NCBI GenBank assembly: GCA_051313645.2
Contig: JBNRSN020000005.1
Location: forward strand, 282,410,001 to 282,474,000
Source of the DNA: Centroscyllium fabricii
Taxonomy: Eukaryota
Direction of reading: 5' to 3'
DNA: 64,000 nucleotides
In this document: in pieces, positions 39,186 through 52,299 of the stretch
Position numbering within the stretch: the stretch's first letter is position 1
Layout of the letters: each line of letters begins with the position of its first letter
Program-made: the position numbers and the translations under genes
Notes under the pieces: generated by a model
Database searches by the model: none
What the model was told of the DNA's origin: nothing
The model's input: only the letters and a program-made list of their open reading frames with translations

Positions 39186-42100
39186 ATACTCATCAACTAG
39201 GTCAACTAGAGCAATAAAAAAGACCTCTGTAAGAATAGCTGCCCTCTTTAATCAAGAATTATAAACCTTATCTAGCTCACTGAGTAGCCACAAATAGTGG
39301 GTCGGGAAATGTCAATTTCTCATCAAGACAACACACCCAAATGATAATTTTCCACAGAATACATACAATTAAGTGGATGTAGATAGGCAGCATCAGTGAT
39401 TTAGAGCGATCACTGCTTATTATGTCAATGGCAAGCGGAGATCTAGCTGTAAGCAGATAATGACTGTTGTTGATAGCAAAAGTGTCAATATGCCAAAGAA
39501 CGATTTTTGAATGTGAGCCCTTGTGCTTTTTTTGACTTTTGCTGATCTTCCGGCTTGATAACCATACAGTTGCCAAATGACACCACATGTTGTAACTCAC
39601 AATTAACAGAGCGAATAACTGGCACAAAGAGTGGAAGTTCTTTATATTCTTTGAGACAATTCTCTGTTTTTACCCTTCAAGGATTTCTTTTATCTTTGCA
39701 AGAGCTTGCTTTTAATGAAATCTAAACTCATCAGAGGAAATCAAAAACCTCAAATCAGATTACAAATTGATTTTTGGTCGCTTGTCATTAAGCAGTGTAC
39801 TGCCTTGTGTTCCACAGCAGAAGCAACTGTGTATCATCTGACAGTGTGAAAACAACTTGTACGTAAAGTAATTATATAAAGGTCAGGAATGGATTTACAT
39901 ACTTTTATGTCCACATCAAAGTTATGGTGTGTTTCAGTTATACTATGACTTAAACATAAAAAAGTTACTCAATAGCTTATAATTAATGGAATTGTTTTAC
40001 ACTGAATAGATGTTTCCATATACTTTTACTAATTACTAATGTAATAATAACTTCATAGCACTATTAATCCTGTACTTTTTCTGATGCAATATTTTTTACA
40101 ACCAGAAATATGAAATGACCATTCTATCGTTAGGTACTAATGGATATTGCATGCCATATTTGTACATAACTAATAAATATTCATAAATTCTACATCAATA
40201 ATGCTTCATAATTAGCATCAAAAATAACTACAAACGATGCAGTTTCTGCTCACTTAAATTAAGTCAAAGGTTGCGATGGTAGACAATCAAACTGGAATAC
40301 TGGTCTTGGAAAACTTGAACAGCCATTGCTATTAAAATAATGAACTTATCCATTTGCAGACCTTGAATGCTGTGTTTGCATTTGTAGTAAAATATAACAA
40401 AACATCTTATTGATCGGAAGGTATGTTGGTATTGTACAGAAGCTCCACTTAGATGGGTCTTCAATTATCTGTATACATCATAAGATTCTGTCTTTCAATA
40501 ACCTACAAAAAAGCCATAAATCTTGCACATTCATGTAAGATCCCAAAGGAAACCGTATGTATCACAAATATTGCCTCTGTAGCACCTGGGCTGTATGGTA
40601 GTACGTACAGTACATTTCAGACCAAGGATCTTTGGCTAGTACATCTATTTAAACAGACAACACTGCCCTTACAGTTATAGATCTGTTCCAACTTGAAAAT
40701 CAAGTCTGCACTCTATCCAAAACTCAATGTGAAAGTTTTACTGAAAAATGATCGTCACTTGAAAAATACATTGCAGTGTTTATACGCTGCCTATCTGGGA
40801 GAGAGAACATTATGCACAGCATCCAGAATCTTTCATGATGCATGTGTTAGAAAAGCAGATGTGCATTAAATCTTATAACTGTCTTTGTTTTCTTTCAATT
40901 TCCTTTTGGTTTTATGTGCCTAGGTTCAACAAGGTGAAGATTGACAGCTTGGAAACAATTTTCCACTTGAAACCCAGTGACAGTGTCAAATATTCCTACA
41001 GCAAATACAGCACATGCCAAATGTAATGCAGATGTTCCTCGACATTGCCTTGACAATGTACCTAAAGTCTGGTCTCAGTAGAGTAAATGCTACCACACCA
41101 GCATGGCTTCTATTTCTTGCACCGTCTGTACTTATAGCCTCTCCAACTGATATTGAAGAATTATGCAAATTTCAGGGAAGGTTTATGATGTGTCACCGAT
41201 TAGACTCGAGACTGCCCAAACTTTGCTTAGAGCTTTTGACAATCATCAAAAGGAAGACATTTTCATTTTATCTGTGTGAGCTGCATTTGAACCTAAATGT
41301 TAGAATAAATGAACAGTACTGTGATACAAGGACAATAAAAAAGCACATTTTTGTTTAAAATCTTGATTTTCCTAATTGATACAGTGTAGCAAGTGTTCAG
41401 AACAGTACACAACCAAATAGTGAATTTGTATTATCTTTGATTTCAATGTCAAAATACCATTGTAGAACTCGAGGAGTTGACTAGTTTTTTAATCTTTATT
41501 TTCTCCCTCTTTTTTGATATTAGACAACTGCTATCATTCGAAACCCTCAAATGTTTTCAATACCCTTTATTTTAACAGAGATTACTTTCCAAACTGGATT
41601 TTAAATCCAAATGGACCCAAATTCAGAATAATGCAAATTGCAGGCACTTCCGATTTAGATCACTTTGGATTTATTTCAGCACTCTTAAGCAATGCAAATC
41701 TGCCTAACATGACAGCAGGACTTGTACTGCAGTTACATGAGGTTAACTGTGATGCAACAACCTGTAATAACACTCTGTGTGTGTAATCAAATCCATTTTG
41801 GAATGCATCAATGTCATAACCAGGGTTTAGCTCACATTGTATAACCAACACAGCATGTAGACTTCACTCCAGGTTAGCATAATATAATATAATTCTTGCT
41901 AGTGTTCTTTTAAAACAGTGGCTAATTGGCTTGGAAATTATTCCGTTTAATTGAGCCACATTCACTGTGGTAACAAATCATGGTCGCTGTCACCCCGATT
42001 GCTCCCCACAGTCCCGACACCAGTTCGTCCCGCCTTGTATTGGTTTTCTCCACATTTAGCTGGCTGCTGCTTCTCATCCTGCCAATGAAAATAATGCTGC

Positions 42101-42224
42101 AATCACAATTTTTTTTTTTTTTCCAAGTGTGGTTTAAATTTACATTGGCAGGAGCAGAAACTGAGATCTAGGTAAGTCACCAATGCAATGACTACTGAGA
42201 GAGAGGGCAAGTAAGATCCACCAA

Positions 42225-42498
42225 AGTCAGGAGTGCACCGACTGCTGAGAGAAAGGGTGAGCTGCGAACAAGAGGGTAGATGAGTCGGAGAGGAATTTCC
42301 CAGATTTTTTCTCCCAAATTGGCCACTGGGTTTTTAATCTGTTTTTTCGCCTCTCCCGGGAGATCACATGGGTTTGGGCGGGGATGGAGAGTGAAAGTAG
42401 ATTTGAGGTTAGGATGAGGTCAGCCATGATCTTGTTGAATGGCGGGGCAGGCTCGAGGGGCCGATTGGCCTACTCCTGCTCCTATTTCTTATGTTCTT
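42225..42498 (+). mobile_element. CR1 3'UTR fragment, homologous to 30595-30810
   Basis: Shared gaggaatttcccag...ctcccgggagatcacatggg...ggcctactcctgctcctatttcttatgttctt. Confidence 0.8.
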
Positions 42499-43929
42499 AA
42501 GAGGGCGGGCGGCTGCGGCCATGTTTTTTCCGATGACAAATTTCGGCTGGTTTCCCACTAAATTTGTGGAACTGATTTTTTAAACAAGGTGGTTTCATGA
42601 ATCTGTGGCTAGTGAATTTGAATCTTCAAACCCAAGAATCCAGTTCCAGGTCTGGGAATCAATGGGATACCTGGAAGCCAAGTAAGAGCCTGCAGTTTAT
42701 TTGGAGTGGAGTTGTGGTATACTCAGTTGTGCCACAAGCACTGATGCTTTGGCAGTGAAATAAAATACAAAAGCACATCTTCACTGCCAAACATCACTGT
42801 AATTTCTTGCTAATATTTTCCTCATTTTGAATCCTGCCTCAATAAAACATGACATGCAGGCTTATTGATAAAGTACAGTATAACTCTACACATAAAAACA
42901 CAGTTAGAATGTCTTTTAAATGTGCTTCACAAGTCCAGCAGCAGACTACAGAACCCTGAGCAAACCCGACATGTTGCTATAGTAACCTACATAAGTTTTA
43001 TGGCGGTGATATCATCGTGCATTCCCTGTGTTTCCATTGGAACTTGGATCTGATCGTCTTCCAGACATAAAAAGGTAACATCACTTTAATGTGCATTTTT
43101 TTTAGAACTTCAGACTCTCAAAAATTAAAAAAGGGTTTGTGATGGGAGACAATGAATTATTAATTTATATTTCACTGCTGAGAATCACGAAACTAACTCA
43201 CTCATAATTTGTGTTGCTCGTGAGTTCTGAAGTCAGTGTTGGCACTGAAAAATAAACCAATGTTTCATTGTGGTCAACTCAGAGCCAAAACTACACTGTT
43301 GCAACCCTGAACTGCAAACCACTGAAATAAATAAAACCTGCATAAGGTATTAGTTTAGCAGTGTACAGATTTGACTGCTGTAAAACTACAGGTTTCTGGA
43401 ATTTACATTCTAAAATACAATGCTGCAGTAACAGGAGGGATACCATTGTGCTATTGTCGAGTGCACTATCGGACAGAGTACGTAGCAACCCTTCTTTCTT
43501 TGCCCTGCACTTCAGAAACCCATAAGTAGATTTGAAGAATCTATCCCAGATGAGTACGTTCAGGTTTCCAAAGGTTTGGTTAACCTTGGACACTTTCACC
43601 AATATAGTAAAACAAATATACAGACCTGAAAATGACTGTTGCTGTTACTATTAATGAACATATATTAGGAGTCAGTAATTTCACAAATGATGCAAAATGC
43701 ATTTTACCTGGCTTTATTGCAATACAACATTTCTTGTGATATGGAATAGCTGTTTGCCATTATATAAATTGAATCTGTGCAGTAGAATTGTTGGGCTTGT
43801 TAGCACCAGAATAATTGCTATTTAGATCTAACTTTCTCTCTTGGCAAATGCAGTGTGCTGAGAATGTTGATTTATAACTGGTGCTGTAGAAAACTGGTAC
43901 TCTACAAATCACTGTATGATCTTAGGTGG

Positions 43930-44135
43930 AGCTATGCGGGAATGACTGGAGAGCTGTCTCTCAGGGGGCTGTATCTAAGTGATGGAGATGTGCCATCTGC
44001 TGAATGAAGACTTGCAGGCCCAATCCAGTATCAATGGGGCTTTGTCAGTAGCAGTAAAAGTCATCACAGTCCTGAATTTCTAAACCTCAAGGTCATTCTA
44101 GGTGAGCATGGGAGCCATGCTGTCGAGCCAGAGGG
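43930..44135 (+). pseudogene. Degraded PIF/Harbinger (HARBI1-like) transposase fragment
   Basis: Translates with stops as LSVAVKVITVLNF*TSRSF*, matching the L.V..KV..AL.F.A.GSFQ helix of Harbinger transposases. Confidence 0.55.
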
Positions 44136-44234
44136 CTTGCATCCGAGTCAACCATGCTTAGTGCTGCTTTGGCTGCCGGCTACTACTTGCTATCCACTGT
44201 CATTTGTGTAGAAGAACTGGATGGTGCAGATATT

Positions 44235-44907
44235 GGGCCAGAAATTCAGGTTGGAGGCTCCCCGCGAGTGCAAGCCTTCAACCCACACTTACGGATCGCG
44301 CCTGCCGTTCCCGATTCCACCCGCCTGAAATCCTGATCCAAGGCCGGCGCGCCGTGCTGGTGCCTCTGAACGTCGGAGTTAGTGCGAGGCTCCGCGCGGG
44401 ATGACGTGGTCCGCGGGGAGCCAATCGGAGCAAAGAATGCTCCATTCATGAGTTTGGCAGGAAGACCTGTCAAACTTATGAATTACTACAGCCCCAAAAC
44501 CACACTAAATCTTAAAATACATTTTTTTTAAATCACATTTTTAAAAATGACTATCAATCACATAAATTAGCTATTTTAAACAAAAAATAAAAATTTTGAA
44601 AAAAATAATTAAAGTGTTTAATGGGTTTAAAAACAACTTACCTTCTTTATATTATTTAAAAATGAAAAACCCGTGGAAAAAAATGTTTAAATTGAATAAA
44701 ATAAAGACTTACCTGATGAAATCCACTCTTTCCCATTGAAAATATCAGCTGTAAATTTTTCAAATACTTACCCTGATACAAACCTGAGAAAAAATCAGAA
44801 GTGCATTGCGCACCCCCTGGCGTGCACGCAAACGCGCTCGGACATCTGACCCCTTCTGTCCCTGGATTGGAATTTCTGGTTTTGCGCGTATCCCGAATTT
44901 CTGGGCC
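44235..44907. mobile_element. PHIS/Harbinger-group MITE, copy 1
   Basis: TIRs GGGCCAGAAATTC / GAATTTCTGGGCC; ATT at 44232-44234 and 44908-44910; homologous over its length to 52300-53006. Confidence 0.9.
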
Positions 44908-45144
44908 ATTGTGTTGTCACGACAGCCAAAAAGTACTCCATATATGTCCTGCTGGGGTGTGGGGGACACCTTCTCAACAAGTCGCCTGATTTTTTTGTGA
45001 ACAGAACATTGGTTATCTATGCGGTCAGACAATCCCAGGCTCAAGGTTGTCTGCATCTGGACTTTATTCCTCTCATTCCCAACAGTTGCAATATGTGTTC
45101 CATGGAGACAAGTGACTCATCTATACGATTCTGTTTAAAAAAAA

Positions 45145-48100
45145 TCCATTTATGGGATGTGGGCGTCACTGGCAAGGCCAGCATTTATTGCCCATCCCTA
45201 ATTGCCCTTGAGAAGGTGGTGGTGAGCCGCCTTCTTGAACCGCTGCAGTTTGTGTGGTGAAGGTACTCCCACAGTGCTGTTCGGGAGGGAGTTCCAGAAA
45301 TTTGACCCAGCAGTGATAAAGGATCGGCGATATACTTCTAAGTCAGGATGATGTGTGACTTGGAGGGGAACTTGGAGGTGGTGGTGTTCCCATGCGCCTG
45401 CTGCCCTTGTCCTTCTAGGTGGAAGAGGTCATGGGATTGGGAGGTGCTGCTGAAGAAGTCTTGGTGAACTGTAGTGCATACTGCAGCCACGGTACGCCAG
45501 TGGTGGAGGGAGTAAATGTTTAAGGTGGTGGATGGAGTGCCAATCAAGCGGGCTGCTTTATCCTGGATGATGTCGAGCTTCTTGAATGTTGTTGGAGCTG
45601 CACTCATCCAGGCAATTGGAGAGTATTCCATCACACTCCTTGCGCATTGTAGATGGTGGAAAGGCTTTGGGGAGTCAGGAGGTGAGACACTCACCGCAGA
45701 ATACCCAGCCTCTGACCTGCTCTTCTTGCCACTGTATTTATGTGGCTGGTCCAGTTAAGTTTCTGGTCAATTGTAACCCCCCATAATGTTGATAGTGGGG
45801 GATTCAGCGATGGTAATGCCGGTGAATGTCAAAGGGCGGTGGTTAGACTCTCACTTGTTGGAGATAGTCATTGCCTGGCACTTGTGTGGTGCGAATGTTA
45901 CCTGACACTTATCAGCCCAAGCCTGGACGTCATCCAGATCTTTTTGCATGCGGGCATGGACTGCTTCATTATCTGAGGAGTTGTGAATGGCGCTGAACAA
46001 TGTGCAGTCATCAGCGGACATCCCCATTTATGACCGTATGATGGAGGGATGGTCATTGATAAAGCAGCTGAAGACAGTTGGGCCTAGGACACTGCCCTGA
46101 GGAACTCCTGCAGTGCTGGCCTGGGGTTGTGATGATTGACCTTCAACCACCCCAGCCATCTTTCTTTGTGCTAGGTATGACTCCAGCCAGTGGAGAGTTT
46201 CCCCCCCACTTCCCATTGACTTCAGTTTTACTAGGGCTCTTTGATGCCACACTCGATCAAATGCTGCCTTGATGTCAAGGGCAGTCACTCTCACCTCACC
46301 TCTGGAATTCAGCTCTTTTGTCCATGTTTGGACCAAGGCTGTAATGAGGTCGGGAGCTGAGTGGTCTTGGCGGAACCCAAACTGGGCATCAGTGAGCAGG
46401 TTATTGGTTAGTACGTGCCATTTGATAGCGCTGTTGATGACACCTTCCATCACTTTGCTGATGATTGAGGGTAGACTGATGTGGTGGTAATTGGCCAGAT
46501 TGAATTTGTCCTGCTTTTTGTGGATAGGACATACCTGGGCAGTTTTCCATATTGTCGGATAGATGCCAGTGTTGTAGCTTGGCTAGAGGCGCGGCTAGTT
46601 CTGGAGCACAGGTCTTCAGCACAATAGCAGGGATGTCGTTGGGGCCCATAACCTTTGCAGTATCCAGTGCGCTCAGCTGTTTCTTGATATCACATGGAGT
46701 GAATCGAATTGGCAGAAGACTGGCTTCTGTGATGGTAGGGACCTCCGGAGTAGGCTGATATGGATCATCCACTCAGCACTTCTGGCTGAAGATGGTTGCA
46801 AATGCTTCAGCCTTGTCTTTTACATTCATGTGCTGGGTTCCACCATCATTGAGGATGGGGATATTCATGGAGCCTCCTCCTCCCGTTAGTTGTTTAATTG
46901 TCCACCACCATTCATGACTGGATGTGGCAGGACACAGAAACACAGAAGATAGCAGCAGGAGTAGGCCATTCGGCCCTTCGAGACTTCTCCACCATTTTCT
47001 TGATGAGATCATGGCTGATCACCCAACCCAGAATCCCCCACTTACCCTCTCCCCATATCCCCCGATACCCCCAACTCTAAGAACTATATCTCCACACATA
47101 CTCATGGTCAATTTTTAGCATGTCTTTGGGTGGTGAGAGGAAACCGGAGTACCCAGAAGAAACCCACACGAACATGGAGAGAACATGTAAACTCCATGCA
47201 GAGGTCCTGGGCCAAGCATGATTCGAACCCAGGAGCTCCTTATTGCGAGGCAGCAGTGCTAACCACTGCGCCACCGTGTCGTCCTGCAGAGCTTTGATCT
47301 GATCCGTTGATTGTGGGATCGCTTGGCCCTGCCTATAGTATGCTGCTTCTGCTTTTTAGCATTCATGTAGTCCTGTGTTGCAGTTTCCCCAGGTTGGCAC
47401 CTCATTTTTAGATACGTCTGGTACTGTTCCTGGCATGCTCTTCTACACTCCTTATTGAGCCAGGGTTGGTCCCCTGGCTTGATGGTAATGGTAGAGTGAG
47501 TGATATGCCGGGCCATGAGGTTACAGATTGTTGTGGAATACGATTCTGCTGCTGCTGATAGCCCACAGCACCCAGTTTTGAGCTGCTAGTTCTGTTCTGA
47601 ATCTATCCCATTTAGCACGGTGGTAGGGCCACACAACACGATGGAAGGTGTCCTCAGTGTGAAGACGGGGATTCGTCTCCACAATGACTGTGTGGTGTTC
47701 ACTGCTACCAATACTATCATGGACAGATGCATCTGCGACAGGTAGATCGGTGAGGACGAGGTCAAGTAGGTTTTTACCTCGTGTTGGTGTTCTCACAACT
47801 TCTTCCAAGTGGTGTTCAACATGGAGGAGTATTGAGGGAGGGAGGTAGGTGGTAATCAGCAGGAGGTTTCCTCTTGCTTGAAACCATGAGACTTCAAGGG
47901 GTCTGGAGACAATGCTGAGGACTCCCAGGGCCACTCCTTCCCGACTGTATACCACCGTGCCACCACCCCGTGGGTCTGTCCTATTGGTGGGACAGGACAC
48001 AGGACGTACCCAGGGATGGTGATGGAGGAGTTTGGGACATTGGCTTAAAGGTATAATTATGTTAGTATGACTATGTCAGTCTGTTGCATGACTAGTCTGT

Positions 48101-48505
48101 GTGACAGCTCTCCCAATTTTAGCACAAGTCCCCAGATGTTGGTGAGGAGGACTTTGCAGGGTCGACTGGTATGGTTGTGCCGTTGCTGTGTCAGTAACTG
48201 GTGCCGAGGTTGATGCCGGGTGGTCCGTCCAGTTTCATTCTAATTATTGTGTTTCGTAGCGGTTTGTTACAACTGAGTGGCTTTCTAGGCCATTTCAGAG
48301 GGCAGTTAAGAGCCAACCACATTGCTGTGGGTCTGGAGTCACATATTGGCCAGACCAGGTAAGGACGGAAGATGTTCTTCTCTGAAGGACATTTGTAAAC
48401 CAGATGGGTTTTTATGACAATCCGATAGTTTCATGGTTACCATTACTGGCATACCCGGCATATTACCATTACAGATTTATTTAATTCACTGAATTTAAAT
48501 TCCCG
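45145..48505 (-). mobile_element. Degraded long CR1-group (Zenon-like) LINE with endonuclease and RT remnants, interrupted by a V-SINE
   Basis: Minus-strand peptides: EN (RGGGTVVY, TPTRGKNLLDLVLT, SEHHTV) and RT (QFGFRQDHS, ALDIKAAFDRVWH, GVPQGSVLGP). 3' end gggcaataaatgctggccttgccagtgacgcccacatcccat. Many frameshifts. Confidence 0.85.
46934..47284 (-). mobile_element. Full-length tRNA-derived V-SINE (HE1-like) inserted into the LINE
   Basis: Minus strand has an A-box-like ggtggcgcagtggttagc, B-box gggttcgaatc, a V-domain and a CR1 tail. The host LINE rejoins as gcaggac|tgcagagc. Confidence 0.88.
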
Positions 48506-48654
48506 TTTCGACAATAATCTCCATTTGTAAGTCAGTATTGTGAGCTCTGAATCCTCAGAAGCAGTAGCAGATCAAGTTACCATTTGGGGCTTTCACCCAA
48601 GATGTTGCTTTGCCTTGTGTAGCCAGCACCACTGGTTCTTCCTCACCCACTCAG

Positions 48655-48830
48655 CAAGGCCACTAAGGGATGAAAAAGGCAATCTCATATTAGAGAATAA
48701 AGAAATGGCAGCCACACTGAATTATTTTCTTCTGTACTTACAAAGTGTGAAGGAAGGACTACAGGAATACTAGAGGAAGACTTGGATGAACTACTATTTG
48801 ATATGTGTTAAAAAGGAAACTATATTAATT
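48655..48830 (+). mobile_element. CR1 ORF2 internal fragment; may continue at 51500-52140
   Basis: RPLRDEKGNLILENKEMAATLNYF compared with GPLEGETGNLLVGNMEMAKALNEYF in the intact copy. Confidence 0.7.
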
Positions 48831-49026
48831 AAAAGAATTGTTGTTTTCGTGTCTTCACACGTTCCCTTGGAGAATAGTGTGAAGTAGTGGAAAGACTTGC
48901 AGGCTGATTAACAGTCTGACAGGCATGAATACTCCTTCCGTGGCCATAACCATCTTTATACCAGCCAATAGGATGATTAGTCCGATATGGCAGGAGGATT
49001 TCATTGGCTTCCTGAACCCATACAAT

Positions 49027-49871
49027 GGAGGGGATTTTCATGTCCCCATGAGGTGGGGTTTTCGGCGGCCCGGCCGTCAAAATAGCGGAACCGGCGGGTC
49101 CCGCAACGCCCCCCCCCCCCCGCCGGATTCCCGCCGCCTTCTCATTTTCGGCCGCCCAGATTCCCCGCTCCGAAACCTTCCCACCGCCGGCCGGCGGGGA
49201 TGGGTTGTCACCTCGTTACGGGCCCATAATTGGCATCTTTAATGCCATTTTAAGGGCCCTCAGCCATTTTGCCGTGTTTTCTGCCCTAACCCTGCCACCT
49301 TAAACCCTGTTGGGTGAAACCCAGCGGGAGCACAGCGCTGGTTATTACCTTTGGACTATAACCTGGTGTTGTGTGACTTCTTGAATTTATTACTTTCTCC
49401 TTTAAGGTGTGAAGGACATGCTGCCAAATGCTTGGCATGCCTCCAGCACCTTAGAGGAGATAGTAACTCCGTTCTGGCTTCAGCATCAGCTGTGAACAGA
49501 AACTGAGCAATCTCAGTTCTCACCATGTCCTCACAGCTGCTGTGAGCTGTGAGGGATTCGGAGCCCGCCCGCCCACCTGTCATTCACCAGCACTTGGCCT
49601 TTCCCATTGGCTCCACTCCACTGTGATGTCACAGTGGAGTGTTGCCATGGGAACTGACAACAACCAGTGCTGGAACTGTCAATCGAAGTGCTCGCAGCTC
49701 CGCTGCAGCCCGACTCGATTGACCTAATTACCTCCCGCTCCCGCCGACGGGGATTTAACAACCTCATTAAACTAAAATTGCATGGGCTTCCCAGCTGGTT
49801 GGGCGGGCGGGACCGGAAGCCGCCCAGACCAATCCCCGCCAGGTTCCCGCCCTTCCGGAAAAATCCCCCCC
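49027..49871. mobile_element. GC-rich PHIS/Harbinger-group non-autonomous element
   Basis: Ends GGAGGGGATTTTC ... GAAAAATCCCCCCC, flanked by AAT and ATT. Subterminal GC-rich inverted repeats. Contains a short Penelope-like tail at about 49345-49385. Confidence 0.7.
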
Positions 49872-50346
49872 ATTTGGGTAAATATTTCAAAAAAATCTTA
49901 TCTTTTTTGGGGCGGTCTCCAGTAGTCCATTTAAAGACCGTTGGTTAGGCTACATGTACACCACATTTTCTTGATTGTAGCCAGCCCAGCACATGGGGGC
50001 CTCAAACAGGTGTTGGGGCCCCTAATTGCATATGCAAAGGACCTATCACCTGTTTCAGGCACGGGGCCTGGACGTTTATTTTTCTGCCTTCACTAATATG
50101 ACGGCAGGTGTGTAATGAGTGTGTGTCATATTGGATGCATAGCTGCCTGTTTTGTGCCTGAGAAACCAGCATGACGCCATTGAATTTCAAGGCCAGTGCT
50201 GGATGCGTGCTCCCAGGCAATCTCAGATCTATTGAGACACCAGAACCTTCTTTTGAGCATCTCAATGGATTTAATAATTATTGTCATTATCTCTATGTGT
50301 GCTTCATTCTGGCGCTCCTCTGGAGCAGTGGTCCTACGAAGAGACA

Positions 50347-50960
50347 TCATGACGCATGGAGCAGCGGGCATCCAGCAGCTTTCCTGGCCCTTGCTCTTGC
50401 TGCTGAACTAGAGCGGAGACACTGAACTGCTGAAGTATAACAGTATGTTGTGAAGTTGTGCCTGCCATCACAAATTAGCTGCAAATTTAAGTTCATAGAA
50501 ATGTGGGGGTTTACATATGGACCATATAATGTTACACAGGGGCAATCAATAGCCCCGACAACCCGGGGGAATCTGGCTATTCTGAAACATTTGATGGCCC
50601 TCTCAGTCATTTGTGTGGGAGCGCTGGCAAATTATATAAATTGAGCTGTACTGGAAAAGTGGGCGTTGGTGACTTGCCTTATGGAGAAATTCACAGCAAA
50701 TTGGCTGATCTGTCAAAGGTGCTGGTGCTGTCTGTAATGAGCCTATTGCACAATAGTTGAGAGTTGTGGTCACTTTGCCTGCTAAAGTGGGAGCTATGCA
50801 TGTTGTCGATCTGGCTGCAGCAACAAACAATGCTCCTCCAAAGCTTCAGAACTGAAGCACAGCCACCTGAGACAGAGCTCTTGGGAAAGATCTTGGTAAA
50901 AGCACCTGGGTCTATACATCTGATTGGTTGGGGAGTGCCAGGATGGTCAGATTCTCTTCT
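50347..50960 (-). pseudogene. Degraded PIF/Harbinger DDE transposase
   Basis: ARFPRVVGAIDCPCV...SMNLNLQLICD carries the first catalytic Asp motif and NxQLxCD. Upstream KVTTTLNYCAIGSLQ. Frameshifted. Confidence 0.8.
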
Positions 50961-51499
50961 TGTACTGCCTGATTAATCTGGCCTCCCTTCCAGCCTCCTG
51001 CTGCTGCGCCTCTTCCTCCAGCATATCAATCATGTAAAATGGGATTCCCATTGGGAAGTTCATTGTGCAATCCTCTGATCCTAGCTCAGTAATTCTATTG
51101 AACTAAAATGCTTTCCAAAGGCAATGCAATCCTGAGTTCAACAGTGAAAATATTTTTGTAATGCCTGCAGTGAGTCCCAAGATATGGTCTAAAGTCTCCA
51201 CAAGCAATCTCCGTTGAGCAGTATTAATTTACCCAAGAGTTCCATCTTGATGAAAGGGGCCTGGCACCTTTTAAAGGGTGGCACCCAGTTTCAAGGGTGC
51301 TTGTACAGGAGTAACCAAATTTAGGATGGGCGATGTTATCCTTGTGTAACTCTGTCACTTACTGCCACTGTGAGGGTGAGTTCACCAGCATGTCCTGAAG
51401 CTGAATGGAATTTACGCTGCGCCATTTCTCCAGTTTATGTTGGTCCTGTCGGAAATTCCTGGCCCCTCGATGGCATAATGTCCTCCTCAACCCAAGAAT

Positions 51500-52140
51500 T
51501 TGGATGACCTACGCTTCACAATACTAAGCGAGTGTAATGTTATTGAAGGATCAGGCGGGAGGCCAACACTAAGTTTCAATGGAGCTTCTTTATTCAGGTC
51601 TTATACACTGCCACTCCAAGCCTCAACTGAGGAATGGCTTATGATGGCGTCGGCTCCCGCTTACGGGCGTGACGTCAGACATAAGTCAAGCCTGTGCTGT
51701 CTTTACACCAGTCACAGCTATCCTTACAGTGAGGTTAGTGATGAAAAAGCAGAGACAGTAACCATAAAGTTCCAAATTTCTTTGGAAAAAGACTGGAATG
51801 TGGCAAATATTACACCCCTATTTGAAAAACAAGGAAAGAGATAAGCTGGGGAATTATAGGCCTGTTAGCCTCATGTTATTAGTAGGAAAACTGCTAGAAA
51901 CTATAAAAACTGATAACATTAGTGAACACTTAGGGAGGTGTGCTCTAATTGAGGCAGTCAACACAAATTGGTAAGGGCAGGTCATGCTTGACTAACTTAA
52001 TCCAATTCTTCTAGGTAATTACAAAACACAGACAGTGGGAATGCAGTGGAGGTGGTAGATTTTCTTTCATAAAGTGTTTGATAAGAGACTTTCTGCAAAG
52101 ATTTAGGCCATTTAAAGGTAAAGTGGCAGCAACAAGAATT
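51500..52140 (+). mobile_element. Old CR1 ORF2 fragment split by a solo LTR
   Basis: DDLRFTILSE|VSDEKAE...DWNVANITPLFEK...GNYRPVSL. Confidence 0.8.
51533..51728. mobile_element. Solo LTR, 196 bp
   Basis: TGTAA...TTACA termini; 5-bp TSD GCGAG/GTGAG (one CpG-type change); TTTATT inside (AATAAA on the minus strand); cleanly interrupts the CR1 reading frame. Confidence 0.8.
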
Positions 52141-52299
52141 AATGCAATAATGAAATTACGTAATAAGTTAAAATAATTCATCTTTCCAACCAACATTGAA
52201 AATTCCAATGCCAAAAAGCAATCTCTTAAAGGCTGGGACAGACAAACTGCCACACGTCCATTTCATACAGATGAGCTGTTCAGGTGCTCAAAACATATT

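Noticed and set aside
44764-44775. ATACTTACC resembling the U1 snRNA 5' end
   Set aside because: No further U1 sequence follows; it is a reverse-complement splice donor inside a MITE.
47215-47284. tRNA-like A/B boxes as a tRNA gene
   Set aside because: This is the head of a V-SINE, continuous with the V-domain and CR1 tail.
49390-49530. Possible Myb/SANT-like remnant of a Harbinger second ORF on the minus strand
   Set aside because: The similarity is too weak to call by eye; it needs a profile search.
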